From: Erysipelotrichaceae bacterium
GTDB taxonomy: Bacteria; Bacillota_I; Bacilli_A; RFN20; CAG-449
Direction: 5' to 3'
Assembly: GCA_015059095.1 (NCBI GenBank)
Contig: SVBA01000006.1
Location: 17,003 to 81,002, forward strand
Length of the DNA: 64,000 nt
Shown: positions 30,619 through 40,394 of the stretch, piece by piece
Layout of the letters: each line of letters opens with the position of its first letter
Numbering within the stretch: the first letter of the stretch is position 1
The notes under the pieces: generated by a model
Seen by the model: the letters and a program-made list of their open reading frames with translations, nothing else
Database searches by the model: none
What the model was told of the DNA's origin: nothing
Program-made: the position numbers and the translations under genes

Positions 30619-32277
30619 TTAATTTTTACAAACTTGTTTGAAAACTCTTAAGAAATTTTTATAGAATACTTTATCAATTTCTTCTTGAGTAAACCCATTT
30701 TCAAGCATTGCTTTCTTTAAATCATGAGTTTTAGTACAATCTGACATTCCAACTGGAGTTTCTATTCCATCAAAATCAGAGCCTAAGGCTAAATTATCAA
30801 TGCATCCTAAAGATTTAATATGTAACATATGTTTAACAATATCATTAATTTGATTTTCTTTAGTATTATTTGAAACAAAATCTGGGCAATAATTCATTCC
30901 CATTACACCTTTATTTTCATGCAATTTTAAAATCATATCATCGGTCATATTTCTAGCCCAAGGATGAATGCTTCTTGCGTTACTATGTGAAGCAACAATC
31001 GGTTGAGTTGAATATTTAATACAATCATAGAAGCCCTTATCTGAAAGGTGAGAAGTATCAATAATTATTCCTAGTTCATTCATTTTCTTAACTACTTCTA
31101 TGCCAAATTCAGTCAATCCATTTTCCGTATCAATTTTTAAGTAATCGTTTTCTTTTAAATTTCTTTGAAGATTAGGATAACCAATTTCATTTTTAAAATT
31201 CCATGTTAGACATATCATTCTTACACCTAAAGAATAAAGATGTTCTAACTTTTCAATACTACCCTCAATAACCCCACCTTCTTCAATAGTTAATAAAGCA
31301 GATAATTTATGTTTAGATTTATTCTCCATTAACTCTTTGTAAGAAGTAACTTGAGAAATAATATTTTTATTATTCTCCATTTCTCTTTTAAAGATATCTA
31401 TCATTTTTAAAGTTCGATTATATAAATCACCTCTAGCAAAATACATAAACACTGCAAAACATTGCATTAAGTATTCTCCTTCATATAGTCGTTTAAAATC
31501 AATATGCATTCTTGGATTAGAATAAAATCCGTTTTTTTCTACAAGTTCCCAAGTTAAGCTATCACAATGCATATCAATACAATTCATTGGATTTTTATTA
31601 TTAAATCTAACCGGAACTATTGTATCGATTTCATATGTTTCTAATAGTTCAATTGCTTGTTTTTCGCCAAAAACCTTCATTTTATTGATTTCTTCCATTA
31701 CTTTAGAGTAGTTAATATTTTTTAGTAAATGTTTATATTCTCTAATAGAAGTTTTTAATTCTTCATCTAATTCAAATCCTAAAGAATAACTAAAGCGAAT
31801 GCCTCTTAATATTCTTAATGGATCTTCATTAAATCTAATTGAAGGTTCACCTATCATTCTAATTACTTTTCTTTTTAAATCTTCTTCGCCATTACAATGA
31901 TCAATAACTTCCCCTTTAGAATTTATATATATTGCGTTAATAGTAAAATCTCTTCTTATATAATCTTCTTTAGTAGTTTTTACAAATTCTATTTTTGAAG
32001 GATGTCTATTATCTAAATATTCTCCTTCTTTTCTTAAAGTAGTAATATCCACCTTAACATTATTAAACTTAATAGTTGTTGAACCCAAAGAAGAAAAAGA
32101 GTCATTTATTTCTAAAAATTTTTTCATGTCTTCTAAAGTAGCATCACTTACAAAGTCAAAATCTAAAATTTCTTTTTCTAACAAGTAATCTCTTGAAGTT
32201 CCTCCAACCATATATAAAGAAAATCCATTATCTTCAAATAATTTCGATAATTCTATAAATATACTAGGTAATTTCAT
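30619..32277 (-). CDS. Fusion protein: class-II nucleotidyltransferase (CCA/poly(A) polymerase head domain) plus M19 membrane-dipeptidase-like metallopeptidase domain
   Basis: Residues 1 to about 215 carry the head-domain motifs GGTSRD (GGxxRD), DFDFVSD (DxD) and RRDFTINAIY. Residues from about 220 to 552 carry M19 motifs in order: IDMHCD (DxHxD), IEEGG, DTSH, ASHSN and GSDFDG. It is a single uninterrupted ORF. Confidence 0.7.
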   Translation of the reverse strand: MKLPSIFIELSKLFEDNGFSLYMVGGTSRDYLLEKEILDFDFVSDATLEDMKKFLEINDSFSSLGSTTIKFNNVKVDITTLRKEGEYLDNRHPSKIEFVKTTKEDYIRRDFTINAIYINSKGEVIDHCNGEEDLKRKVIRMIGEPSIRFNEDPLRILRGIRFSYSLGFELDEELKTSIREYKHLLKNINYSKVMEEINKMKVFGEKQAIELLETYEIDTIVPVRFNNKNPMNCIDMHCDSLTWELVEKNGFYSNPRMHIDFKRLYEGEYLMQCFAVFMYFARGDLYNRTLKMIDIFKREMENNKNIISQVTSYKELMENKSKHKLSALLTIEEGGVIEGSIEKLEHLYSLGVRMICLTWNFKNEIGYPNLQRNLKENDYLKIDTENGLTEFGIEVVKKMNELGIIIDTSHLSDKGFYDCIKYSTQPIVASHSNARSIHPWARNMTDDMILKLHENKGVMGMNYCPDFVSNNTKENQINDIVKHMLHIKSLGCIDNLALGSDFDGIETPVGMSDCTKTHDLKKAMLENGFTQEEIDKVFYKNFLRVFKQVCKN

Positions 32278-32291
32278 AAAATTTCTCCTTT

Positions 32292-35147
32292 TTAAACTAA
32301 ATATTTAACTTCTTCACCATTTTCATAAATACTTACATCATAAGTCTTATCAATATTTATCATTACGCCTAAACCATGGAATTGACTATCTTTAAATTGT
32401 CCTAAATAAACTGAGCCATCACTAAAACAATATGCTCCTACTCCACAGAATTCATTGTTTTGGAAATAACCAATGTATTTATCTTGATTTGGTAATAATA
32501 ATTTACCAAATCCATGCATTTTTCCATTTATTAATTCTCCAAAGTATAAATCATCACCAAAATATTTAAAACTGATTGGTACCGTTGGAATTCCTGGGAA
32601 CATAGTGTTCTTGATAGGTCCTTTATAAATATTTTTAATTAATTTATCTCCATTACACATTGCAATCCAAACTTGTCCAAATGAAACACTATAGAAAATA
32701 CCTTTTTTCACAAAATTATCATAGAACGCTAAATTGAAATGATTATTAGTTGAATAGTCAAAGCAATAACCACACATTTTATCTTGGACATATTCACCAA
32801 CTTGTACTCTACCATTTTTAAAAATATACGCTCCAAAAGTATCTTTATATAAATTTTTATGGACCCCAGAATAAATATCTCCATTATTATAATAGAAAGT
32901 ACCTAATAAATCTGGTCTATTATTTTTTACCATACTAATTAATTTATAATTAGAATAATAAAAAGCTTTTTGTTCAGGTGGAATTTTTGCATTTTCAAAA
33001 GTGTATCCATGCACTGTTTTATTTGGATCTTGATAAACACCATTAATCCATTTACCTTCCTTAATGACTTTACCACTCTTATTATAATATTTACCTTCAC
33101 CGTGATTTAAATTACCTTTAAATTCACCAACATATTTTTCGCCATTTTTATAATACATGGTTCCTTTTCCTTCTAGTTTACCATTAACAAATTGACCATC
33201 ATAAGTGCTTCCATCAGAGTAATAATATGTTCCATTACCATCCATTACATTTTGTTTAAATTGACCAACATATTTTGATTTATTGGCAAAATACATTGTC
33301 CCTTTTCCATAGCGCATATTATTAATAAACGCACCAACATATTTATCACCATTAGCGTAAGTCAAAGTACCTTGTCCGTGTTTAAATCCACTTTTAAATT
33401 CACCTTCATAGACATCGCCATTATTTGAAATATACTTACCTTTTCCTTCGTAATTACCAACGCCATTTACTTCTCCTACATAACTAGATCCATCTACATA
33501 TTTTTCAGTTACTATTTTTGGTCCAGTTGAAACAGTTTGGGTAGGCTTTGATACTGTATTTGTAGTTGTTGATTTTATAACATTTGTTACTTTATTAGTA
33601 TTATATGATCCTATAGAATCATTTTTACTAGTTGTTTTTGTAGTATTATTACTTGTCGAATAAGAACTTATAGAGTTTAAATCAAATGAAAATTCTTTTT
33701 TATGTTGATCATTTTCATAATATTTATTTACTGCTTGTCCATTTTTTGAAATAAATCTCATTTGTCCATGATACATATTATCCTTCCAATGACCATGAAC
33801 AAAATCACCATTCATCATATAAAATGTTCCAACACCATGCTTTTTGCCATTTTTAAAACATCCACAATATCTACCACCATAAGTATAATTAAGTGTTCCA
33901 ATACCATGAGGAACACCATTTTTTACTTCACCACAATAAGTCCCTTCGTCAGTATAAATTTTAGTAATTTTATACGATCTAGTTCCAGATATAGACTGAA
34001 TTTCAAGACTATTATCTTTATTAATATATTTATCACCAGAATCAACATCAACAATTCTATTTGTTCGATAAACACAAGGTCCAAAAGCACCTTCTCTATA
34101 AAAAGCCATACCTCTTCCTTCAGCTAATCCACCATTATAATTAACTAAATCCATTCTTCCATCAGGATAAAAACGTAAACATTCTCCTACAAATCCATAT
34201 TTTAATTTAGTACAGAATCCATATACATGTTCACCACTAGGTAAAAAATAACTTGCATATCCTTCACAATTATCATTTATAAAATTCCCATAAAGATAAT
34301 CCCCATTACTATATTTAAAGCTACCTCTACCATATCTTTTTGATGAATTTGTTTCCCCATAATATTCACCATCATCAAAAGATAATCTATTTACTACTGT
34401 ATTTAAATTAAATTTTTGATTAGAACGAGAAGAAGAATTCAAATTATATCTACCATTAGAATAATTACTACTACTGTAATCACCGTTTAAACGATAATGA
34501 TGAGCATGATTACATTCATCTACTCTATCTATAGTTTTATATAGATTTTCTTTATTAACAAAACGGAAGTTATCTTCTTTTTTCCATCCATTAAATCTAT
34601 AATATAATGTTCTATTAGTACGTGTGTGACTCCATCTTTCAAATTCACCTTTTCTATAAATTTCTAATGCTAAATAGTAATCATTTGTTTCATCAATATA
34701 ATAATCATTTACTTCCATTACTTTTGTTTCTCTTAAATGAGTACTATTTTGATGATACTCCATATAATCTAAATCATATTCTCTAGTTTCCAAAAGATCA
34801 CAAATTCTAAATTCAACTTTAAAATTATATTTACCTGGTTTTAATGACAATGAAATACCCTCACTTGAAGGATGATTTAATATTCTAATTCCATTAACCC
34901 AGAAATTAAGAATACATGCGACAACAGAAGTAGGTTTATAACCTTTATCATTTCCAAGAAAATAAAGAGGAACGAAATGAAAGTTATATCCTACATCCGC
35001 TCTAGCAAGAGAATCGATTCTTTCTAATCTTCTTTGCGTTTCATCTTTACTAGAATCGTAATCCTTCAATTCTTCATATGTTGTGTTTACAAAAAATGAT
35101 TTGATATATTTTGTATCTAAACTTTTATCATAATAAAAATTAAACAT
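32292..35147 (-). CDS. Large cytoplasmic MORN-repeat protein
   Basis: It is 951 aa with no signal peptide. It has three clusters of YxGxxxxGxxHGxG MORN repeats, for example YEGEFKSGFKHGQGT and YVGEFKGNLNHGEGK. A Ser/Thr/Asn-rich linker lies between clusters. It is 15 nt upstream of the NTase-M19 fusion gene on the same strand. Confidence 0.7.
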   Translation of the reverse strand: MFNFYYDKSLDTKYIKSFFVNTTYEELKDYDSSKDETQRRLERIDSLARADVGYNFHFVPLYFLGNDKGYKPTSVVACILNFWVNGIRILNHPSSEGISLSLKPGKYNFKVEFRICDLLETREYDLDYMEYHQNSTHLRETKVMEVNDYYIDETNDYYLALEIYRKGEFERWSHTRTNRTLYYRFNGWKKEDNFRFVNKENLYKTIDRVDECNHAHHYRLNGDYSSSNYSNGRYNLNSSSRSNQKFNLNTVVNRLSFDDGEYYGETNSSKRYGRGSFKYSNGDYLYGNFINDNCEGYASYFLPSGEHVYGFCTKLKYGFVGECLRFYPDGRMDLVNYNGGLAEGRGMAFYREGAFGPCVYRTNRIVDVDSGDKYINKDNSLEIQSISGTRSYKITKIYTDEGTYCGEVKNGVPHGIGTLNYTYGGRYCGCFKNGKKHGVGTFYMMNGDFVHGHWKDNMYHGQMRFISKNGQAVNKYYENDQHKKEFSFDLNSISSYSTSNNTTKTTSKNDSIGSYNTNKVTNVIKSTTTNTVSKPTQTVSTGPKIVTEKYVDGSSYVGEVNGVGNYEGKGKYISNNGDVYEGEFKSGFKHGQGTLTYANGDKYVGAFINNMRYGKGTMYFANKSKYVGQFKQNVMDGNGTYYYSDGSTYDGQFVNGKLEGKGTMYYKNGEKYVGEFKGNLNHGEGKYYNKSGKVIKEGKWINGVYQDPNKTVHGYTFENAKIPPEQKAFYYSNYKLISMVKNNRPDLLGTFYYNNGDIYSGVHKNLYKDTFGAYIFKNGRVQVGEYVQDKMCGYCFDYSTNNHFNLAFYDNFVKKGIFYSVSFGQVWIAMCNGDKLIKNIYKGPIKNTMFPGIPTVPISFKYFGDDLYFGELINGKMHGFGKLLLPNQDKYIGYFQNNEFCGVGAYCFSDGSVYLGQFKDSQFHGLGVMINIDKTYDVSIYENGEEVKYLV

Positions 35148-35256
35148 ATATTATTCCTCCAAAAAATGTATTCTATAATTCATATTTATATATTATCATT
35201 TGAAAGAAAAAAATAAAACATTAATGTTTTATCACTATTAATAATCTAAAAAACAA

Positions 35257-35285
35257 TTGACTTTACATCATTTAATGTGTATATT
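35257..35285 (+). promoter_or_regulatory. Putative sigma-A promoter for tRNA-Val
   Basis: TTGACT is followed by 17 nt and then TATATT. The -10 element ends 14 nt before the tRNA 5' end. Confidence 0.45.
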
Positions 35286-35299
35286 AATTAATGTATCTA

Positions 35300-35375
35300 G
35301 CCAATGGGTATTTAGCTCAGCTGGGAGAGCATCTGTTTGACGTACAGAAGGTCGGCGGTTCGATCCCGTCAGTAC
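35300..35375 (+). tRNA. tRNA-Val (anticodon GAC), with encoded CCA
   Basis: It folds as a 76-nt cloverleaf. The acceptor stem is GGGTATT/AGTACCC. The D-arm is GCTCAGCTGGGAGAGC. The anticodon stem is TCTGT/ACAGA with loop TTGACGT. The T-arm is GGCGGTTCGATCCCGTC, and ACCA follows at the 3' end. Confidence 0.85.
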
Positions 35376-35387
35376 CCACCATTTAGA

Positions 35388-35412
35388 TAGATTAAAAGAG
35401 CCAAACGGCTCT
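35388..35412 (+). terminator. Rho-independent terminator after tRNA-Val
   Basis: The hairpin AAAAGAGCC-AAAC-GGCTCTTTT is followed by a T-run. Confidence 0.55.
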
Positions 35413-35423
35413 TTTTTTAATAA

Positions 35424-36164
35424 TTATTGGTACGTATTTAAAAATTCTTTTATTGATTTTGGATAACCACTTATATGAACATATCTTTTTTTTAATTCCT
35501 TTTTTGGGTTAATTAGTTTTATTTTTTTAAATTTAATATCTCGAGAATAAGTATAATCTTTGTCAGAATATTTTATTTGATACCCTACAAGGTAATCATC
35601 TTTAAATTTCATAGTTTTTTTATAATCTAATGAACTATCTAATCCATTATACTCAACAGTTAAATTATTATTACCTGAAGAAAAATATTGTTCAGTTATG
35701 TAAGAGGACTTATCTTCAACAACATTGTTTATATAAAAAGATTTATAATCAAAATAATTTAAAATTTCTTTTTGATATCGATCATAGGCACTATAAAATG
35801 TTGAGTATCTTTTTTCTCCATTAATATTTACAAAATAAAAACCTTTCCTTTCATCTTCCTTATACATATGGATTGATAAGATACGACTACAACTATATTT
35901 GTCAATTAGCATCAATTTTAAATTTAAATTTTTACTTTTTACATCGTATTCAAAACAACTATAATATTGAATTTCATTGTTCACTTTTCGTTTTTCTTCA
36001 ATACAATAACTAGTAGTCAAATTTTCTCTGTTAAAATTAATCTCAATGTTGTTATTACATTTATCTATTTTTTTTAAAGCTTCATCATATGTTATTATTG
36101 TACCTTTGCAAGATGTTAATACTAATAAAGATGAAATTAATAATAGTTTTAATTTTAGTTTCAT
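35424..36164 (-). CDS. Hypothetical lipoprotein
   Basis: It has a signal peptide and the lipobox LTSC. The body is rich in Tyr, Lys and Asn. The start is the ATG at 36164, preceded by GGGGTGGTG. The ORF track starts at a GTG 12 nt upstream. Confidence 0.55.
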   Translation of the reverse strand: MKLKLKLLLISSLLVLTSCKGTIITYDEALKKIDKCNNNIEINFNRENLTTSYCIEEKRKVNNEIQYYSCFEYDVKSKNLNLKLMLIDKYSCSRILSIHMYKEDERKGFYFVNINGEKRYSTFYSAYDRYQKEILNYFDYKSFYINNVVEDKSSYITEQYFSSGNNNLTVEYNGLDSSLDYKKTMKFKDDYLVGYQIKYSDKDYTYSRDIKFKKIKLINPKKELKKRYVHISGYPKSIKEFLNTYQ

Positions 36165-36386
36165 ATCGTTCACCACCCCTGATTTGATAAATCATTAATT
36201 GAATAATCTTTTTAATAGTTTTTTATCATCACTAATACTTTTTTTAGCAACCTTTTGCATATTACTTTTTTTCTTTTCATGAAAACTCTCACGTTAATCA
36301 TATTCTATCTTCAAAAACCTAATATACTGTTCAACACATTTCAATTCATATATAACCATACTGCTTTGATTTGATTTTCCGAAAAC

Positions 36387-36485
36387 TTAAATTCCACCTG
36401 TTCTAGATACATATCCACAATCTGAGCAAACATAACTTGATATATAATTCGGAGAATAATAATTTTCATTTAAATATTCAATCAT
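36387..36485 (-). CDS. Candidate 32-aa small protein, MIEYLNENYYSPNYISSYVCSDCGYVSRTGGI
   Basis: I translated it by hand. The ATG at 36485 is preceded by a strong SD, AAAGGAGG, at 7 nt. It ends with TAA. It lies 17 nt downstream of the XRE regulator gene and is not in the supplied ORF track. Confidence 0.3.
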   Translation of the reverse strand: MIEYLNENYYSPNYISSYVCSDCGYVSRTGGI

Positions 36486-36502
36486 ATAATATCCTCCTTT
36501 AA

Positions 36503-37078
36503 TTAATAAAACAATCTATAATTATTATCTATACTTATAAAAAGCGAAATCATAAATGTTACAGCGAAAATAATTAACGAAACAATAAACAATATAATAA
36601 CTATTATAGTCTTTTTTTTATAAGAAAAGGAGATAAAATTAAATAACAAAAACAAACTAACTGTACCAGATGATATGTAAATAACAAGAACTATAATGAA
36701 CCATTTTTCTAAAAGTCCAAAAATTGATATTGGTTCTAGACAAAAACTATCAAATGGACCACAATTATAAAAATATATATCTGCAGACGAAAAGAAAATA
36801 GCAACAATCAATAATAATAAGTATGCACTAGTTAAAATAAACAATTTATTTCTTTTATTTTTTTCTTTAAAATTGTTCTTCAATTCTGAGTAAGAAATTA
36901 ATTCTTCCTCATCAATCTTAAAATATTTACATAATTGTGCTATATTTACATCACTTGGTAGTCCAAGTCCCCTTTCCCATTTTGACACTGTTGTTCTAGA
37001 AACATATATTTTATCAGCTAATTCGTATTGAGAAAGACCTTCCTTTTCTCTTAATTCTTTTAATTTATCTTTGAACAT
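36503..37078 (-). CDS. Membrane-anchored XRE-family HTH transcriptional regulator
   Basis: The HTH_3 region (LSQYELADKIYVSRTTVSKWERG) is followed by four predicted TM segments. The start is the ATG at 37078, preceded by AAGGAG. The ORF track begins 108 nt upstream with no RBS. Confidence 0.7.
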   Translation of the reverse strand: MFKDKLKELREKEGLSQYELADKIYVSRTTVSKWERGLGLPSDVNIAQLCKYFKIDEEELISYSELKNNFKEKNKRNKLFILTSAYLLLLIVAIFFSSADIYFYNCGPFDSFCLEPISIFGLLEKWFIIVLVIYISSGTVSLFLLFNFISFSYKKKTIIVIILFIVSLIIFAVTFMISLFISIDNNYRLFY

Positions 37079-37196
37079 TATTATCTCTCCTTTAATTAAT
37101 TTCATTATAAGGTATTTTAAAATCAGAATGGTAGCGACTTTTAGGACACTCTTAACTCTACTCCCAGTAGAGTCTGTGTTTTTCACTAAAAAGTCC

Positions 37197-37226
37197 CATA
37201 AATTAAAAAGAGTCCGAAGACTCTTA
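37197..37226 (-). terminator. Rho-independent terminator overlapping the surE stop codon
   Basis: On the minus strand, the stem AAGAGTC/GACTCTT has a CGAA-type loop and is followed by UUUUUAAUUU. Confidence 0.45.
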
Positions 37227-37931
37227 TTTTAATTTTTTCTTTACTTCTTTATAATATTTTTCATTAAATTGATTGATTTGTAATGGAGTGATAGAAATAT
37301 AATCATGGAATATAGCATATACATCTGTTCCTCTTTTAGGATTAGATATTACACTTGTTCTATCATCTCTTACTTCTTTTTCATTAATAGTAAAAGAATA
37401 ATCAATCTTAGGAGTATGTTGCTTTGTAATTTGAATACCTTTAAATTTATTACCTACTGGGAAATTAACATTCAATAAATAAGAAGTAGATAATAGATTG
37501 TTAGTTAATATATATTCCATTACCTCATCAAAATGTTTTTCTACCATATCATAATTAAATTGACATGAGAAAGCTATTGCAGGAACTCGAGAAAATAAAG
37601 CTTGAGTACACGCTCCTATAGTTCCAGAATACATAGTATCTAAAGTAATGTTGTAGCCATGATTGCATCCTGATACAACTAAATCGAATTTTTGATTTAT
37701 TCCATATAATCCAAACATAGTACAATTGACAGGAACACTATCTAAAATATAGTGATGATCATCTATTTTTTCATATTCTAAAGGTCTATTAAAATCAATT
37801 GATGTACCTTTTCCACTTTGGTGGTGTTTAGGAGCAACAACAAATACTTCTCCATACTTTTGTAATAGTCTTTCTACTAAAACAATGCCTTGAGCTCCGT
37901 ATCCATCATCATTCACTAATAATATCTTCAT
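37224..37931 (-). CDS. surE: 5'/3'-nucleotidase SurE
   Basis: It starts MKILLVNDDGYGAQGI, with the DD metal site. The start is the ATG at 37931, preceded by AAGGAG. Confidence 0.9.
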   Translation of the reverse strand: MKILLVNDDGYGAQGIVLVERLLQKYGEVFVVAPKHHQSGKGTSIDFNRPLEYEKIDDHHYILDSVPVNCTMFGLYGINQKFDLVVSGCNHGYNITLDTMYSGTIGACTQALFSRVPAIAFSCQFNYDMVEKHFDEVMEYILTNNLLSTSYLLNVNFPVGNKFKGIQITKQHTPKIDYSFTINEKEVRDDRTSVISNPKRGTDVYAIFHDYISITPLQINQFNEKYYKEVKKKLK

Positions 37932-37976
37932 ATTTTTATCTCCTTTAAAAAAGACATACAATGTATGTCTTAAATC

Positions 37977-38738
37977 TTATCTTGCATTCATTAAATCAAT
38001 AAAGTCATCTAAGAAACTATCATATGTTGTAGATTCTAAATGAGATTTATACGCTAATGAAATTCTTCCTGTTTCTTCACTTACAACTACTGTTACTGCA
38101 TCAGTAGTTTCTGAAATTCCTACAGCAGCACGGTGTCTAGAACCATATTTACCAGTAAGAGCTCTAGTAGTTGGTGTATAATAAACACTAGCAGCAACAA
38201 TTGTATTTCCTCTAATTACTACCGCACCATCATGTAATCTAGTACCTGGATAGAAAATTGTAACTAATAATTCGAAACTTACAGGTGCATTTAATATTGT
38301 ACCATTTTTCATAATTTCATCTAAATTTTGATTTTTTTCAAAAGTAATTAATGCTCCTGTTTTAGTTCTTGATAAACTTCTAACCGCCTCACCAATCATC
38401 TTATACATTTCTTCTTGAGTTTGTTTAATATTCTTTTCTTTTTTTGTTTTCAAATTTGTTTCTCTAGTTAACAAATGTCTAAATTCAGAAGCATTGATAA
38501 ATAATGAAATAATGACTCCTACAACAATTAATATTAAAGAAATAGTAAATAATAAATCCATTCCTAAAATATAAGAAGTAAATAAGAAAACAAAAGCGAT
38601 AGGATAGAATATTAGTGTAAATCTACGATTTGTTTTAGCCGCTAAAAATACAATTAAACAAACTGAAACTAGAACAGATAACACCAAACTTACAATTGTC
38701 ATTGGATTTGAAAAATCAACTGTATTAAGTAAAATCAT
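37977..38738 (-). CDS. cdaA: Diadenylate cyclase (c-di-AMP synthase), membrane-anchored CdaA type
   Basis: It has three N-terminal TM helices and a DAC domain with the DGA and RHR motifs (LHDGAVVIRG...GSRHRAA). Confidence 0.85.
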   Translation of the reverse strand: MILLNTVDFSNPMTIVSLVLSVLVSVCLIVFLAAKTNRRFTLIFYPIAFVFLFTSYILGMDLLFTISLILIVVGVIISLFINASEFRHLLTRETNLKTKKEKNIKQTQEEMYKMIGEAVRSLSRTKTGALITFEKNQNLDEIMKNGTILNAPVSFELLVTIFYPGTRLHDGAVVIRGNTIVAASVYYTPTTRALTGKYGSRHRAAVGISETTDAVTVVVSEETGRISLAYKSHLESTTYDSFLDDFIDLMNAR

Positions 38739-38856
38739 AGTTTACACCTCCTCTTTACTCTTTTAAGAGTATCACAGAAAATAATATTTTAAAATATTAT
38801 CTTCCATTTTTTTAAAAAAATCCCTATAAATATTAATTTTTCTATAAAAATTAAAT

Positions 38857-39453
38857 CTATTTCAAATAATCTTTCAAAAAGTCCATTAATAATTTAGTAG
38901 CAACACCTCTATGAGAAATATCATTTTTTACTTCATCAGGAAGTACACTAAATGGTTCTTCTTTGCCATTTGGAACAAAAATTGGATCATAACCAAATCC
39001 ATAAGGGCCTTCAATAGGCTCTATAATTCTACCATAACATTTACCTTCAAATGTTTTTTCTACATTTTCTTTAGCATCGATAAAAACTATCGCACAAGTA
39101 AAGTGAGCACTTTTATCTTCTTTACCTTCTAACATTTCTAATATTGCCTTATGTTTAGAAGAATATGGTTCATTTTCTTTAAATCTAGCAGAATAAATTC
39201 CAGGAAAATCATCTAATGCATGAACACATAACCCAGAATCATCTGCAATTACGACTTTATCTAATTTACTAGCTACATATCTAGCCTTAATTAATGAATT
39301 TTCTATAAATGTAGATCCTGTTTCTTCTACATCTAAAGTAATTCCTTCATCTTTAATAGAAGTTACATTAATAGGATACCCTTTGAATAATTCTTTATAT
39401 TCTTTAATTTTATTTTTATTACCAGTAGCAATAACTATATCTAGTTTTTTCAT
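38857..39453 (-). CDS. rdgB: Non-canonical purine NTP pyrophosphatase (dITP/XTP) RdgB/Ham1
   Basis: IVIATGNKNKIKE...FGYDPIF...SHRG are Ham1-family signature blocks. The product is 198 aa. Confidence 0.9.
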   Translation of the reverse strand: MKKLDIVIATGNKNKIKEYKELFKGYPINVTSIKDEGITLDVEETGSTFIENSLIKARYVASKLDKVVIADDSGLCVHALDDFPGIYSARFKENEPYSSKHKAILEMLEGKEDKSAHFTCAIVFIDAKENVEKTFEGKCYGRIIEPIEGPYGFGYDPIFVPNGKEEPFSVLPDEVKNDISHRGVATKLLMDFLKDYLK

Positions 39454-39499
39454 ATTTTCACCTCAAGAAAAAAAGTCTACTAATATAGTAGACTCTTTT

Positions 39500-40234
39500 T
39501 TATAATTCTTCAATAAATTCAATATAAGGTAATGTTTTTGACCAGTTTAATAATTCTTTTCTATTTAATCCGCCTTTACCTCTATGAACTAAAACCATAG
39601 TATAAACAGATAATCCAGAATTTGAATAAGCAGGATTATGCTCAACTGCAATAATTTTATATCCTTGTTCTCTAACTAATGATACATAAGTTTTTAAATT
39701 TGCTCTAGATTCAAATTCAATGTGTAATTCAAAATACCCTCTTCTAGAAGTAAATACTTTTTCAATTTTAGGTAAGAACGTCAATACTAAAATAATGATA
39801 ACAAAGACGATAAGAGACATTGTATAGAATCCACAACCAACACATAGACCAATACACGCTGTAGACCATAAACCTGCTGCAGTAGTTAAACCTTTGACTT
39901 GAGACTTAGAAGTAAACATAATTGTTCCTGCGCCTAAGAATCCAATACCAGAAAGAACTCCTGCGCCTAATCTAGCAGGGTCACCATTATTAAACGCTTC
40001 AATCAAATATTGATTTGTAATCATAATCATCGCAGAACCTAATCCTACTAAAATATAAGTTCTTAAACCTGCCGCTTGTCTTCTTGATGATCTTTCTAAC
40101 CCAATAACTCCAGATATAAGAACCGCAATTACAATACGAATTAGAATAGACCAAATATTAAGACTTGTTAACATTTTACCTATCTCTTCATTAAACAATT
40201 TTACAATTGGATCAACAATATTCATAAATATCAT
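39500..40234 (-). CDS. mgtC: MgtC/SapB-family membrane protein
   Basis: The conserved MgtC N-terminal membrane domain is present (VIGLERSSRRQAAGLRTYILVGLGSA...GAGVLSGIGFLGAG). A C-terminal soluble domain is present. Confidence 0.75.
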   Translation of the reverse strand: MIFMNIVDPIVKLFNEEIGKMLTSLNIWSILIRIVIAVLISGVIGLERSSRRQAAGLRTYILVGLGSAMIMITNQYLIEAFNNGDPARLGAGVLSGIGFLGAGTIMFTSKSQVKGLTTAAGLWSTACIGLCVGCGFYTMSLIVFVIIILVLTFLPKIEKVFTSRRGYFELHIEFESRANLKTYVSLVREQGYKIIAVEHNPAYSNSGLSVYTMVLVHRGKGGLNRKELLNWSKTLPYIEFIEEL

Positions 40235-40394
40235 CCTCCTTATTAGTGTAATTATTATAATACTAATAATTTAAAATACAAGACCTATTTTTCATTGCTT
40301 TATTTTATTATACACCTTTAATTATAAAAAATAAATATCCTATATATACTTAAAATTATTGTTTTTCGCTAAAAAGTCAGAAAAAAAGACTCTC

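Noticed and set aside
36177-36386. 22-aa ORF MKRKKVICKRLLKKVLVMIKNY upstream of the lipoprotein gene
   Set aside because: It has no convincing SD. It is lysine-rich low-complexity sequence from an A-rich tract, and probably part of the promoter region.
37153-37185. Plus-strand hairpin CTCTACT-CCC-AGTAGAG plus T-run between the XRE regulator and surE
   Set aside because: It has terminator-like geometry on the plus strand, but there is no plus-strand gene to terminate. It more likely lies in the XRE gene promoter/operator region, so it was kept as a note only.
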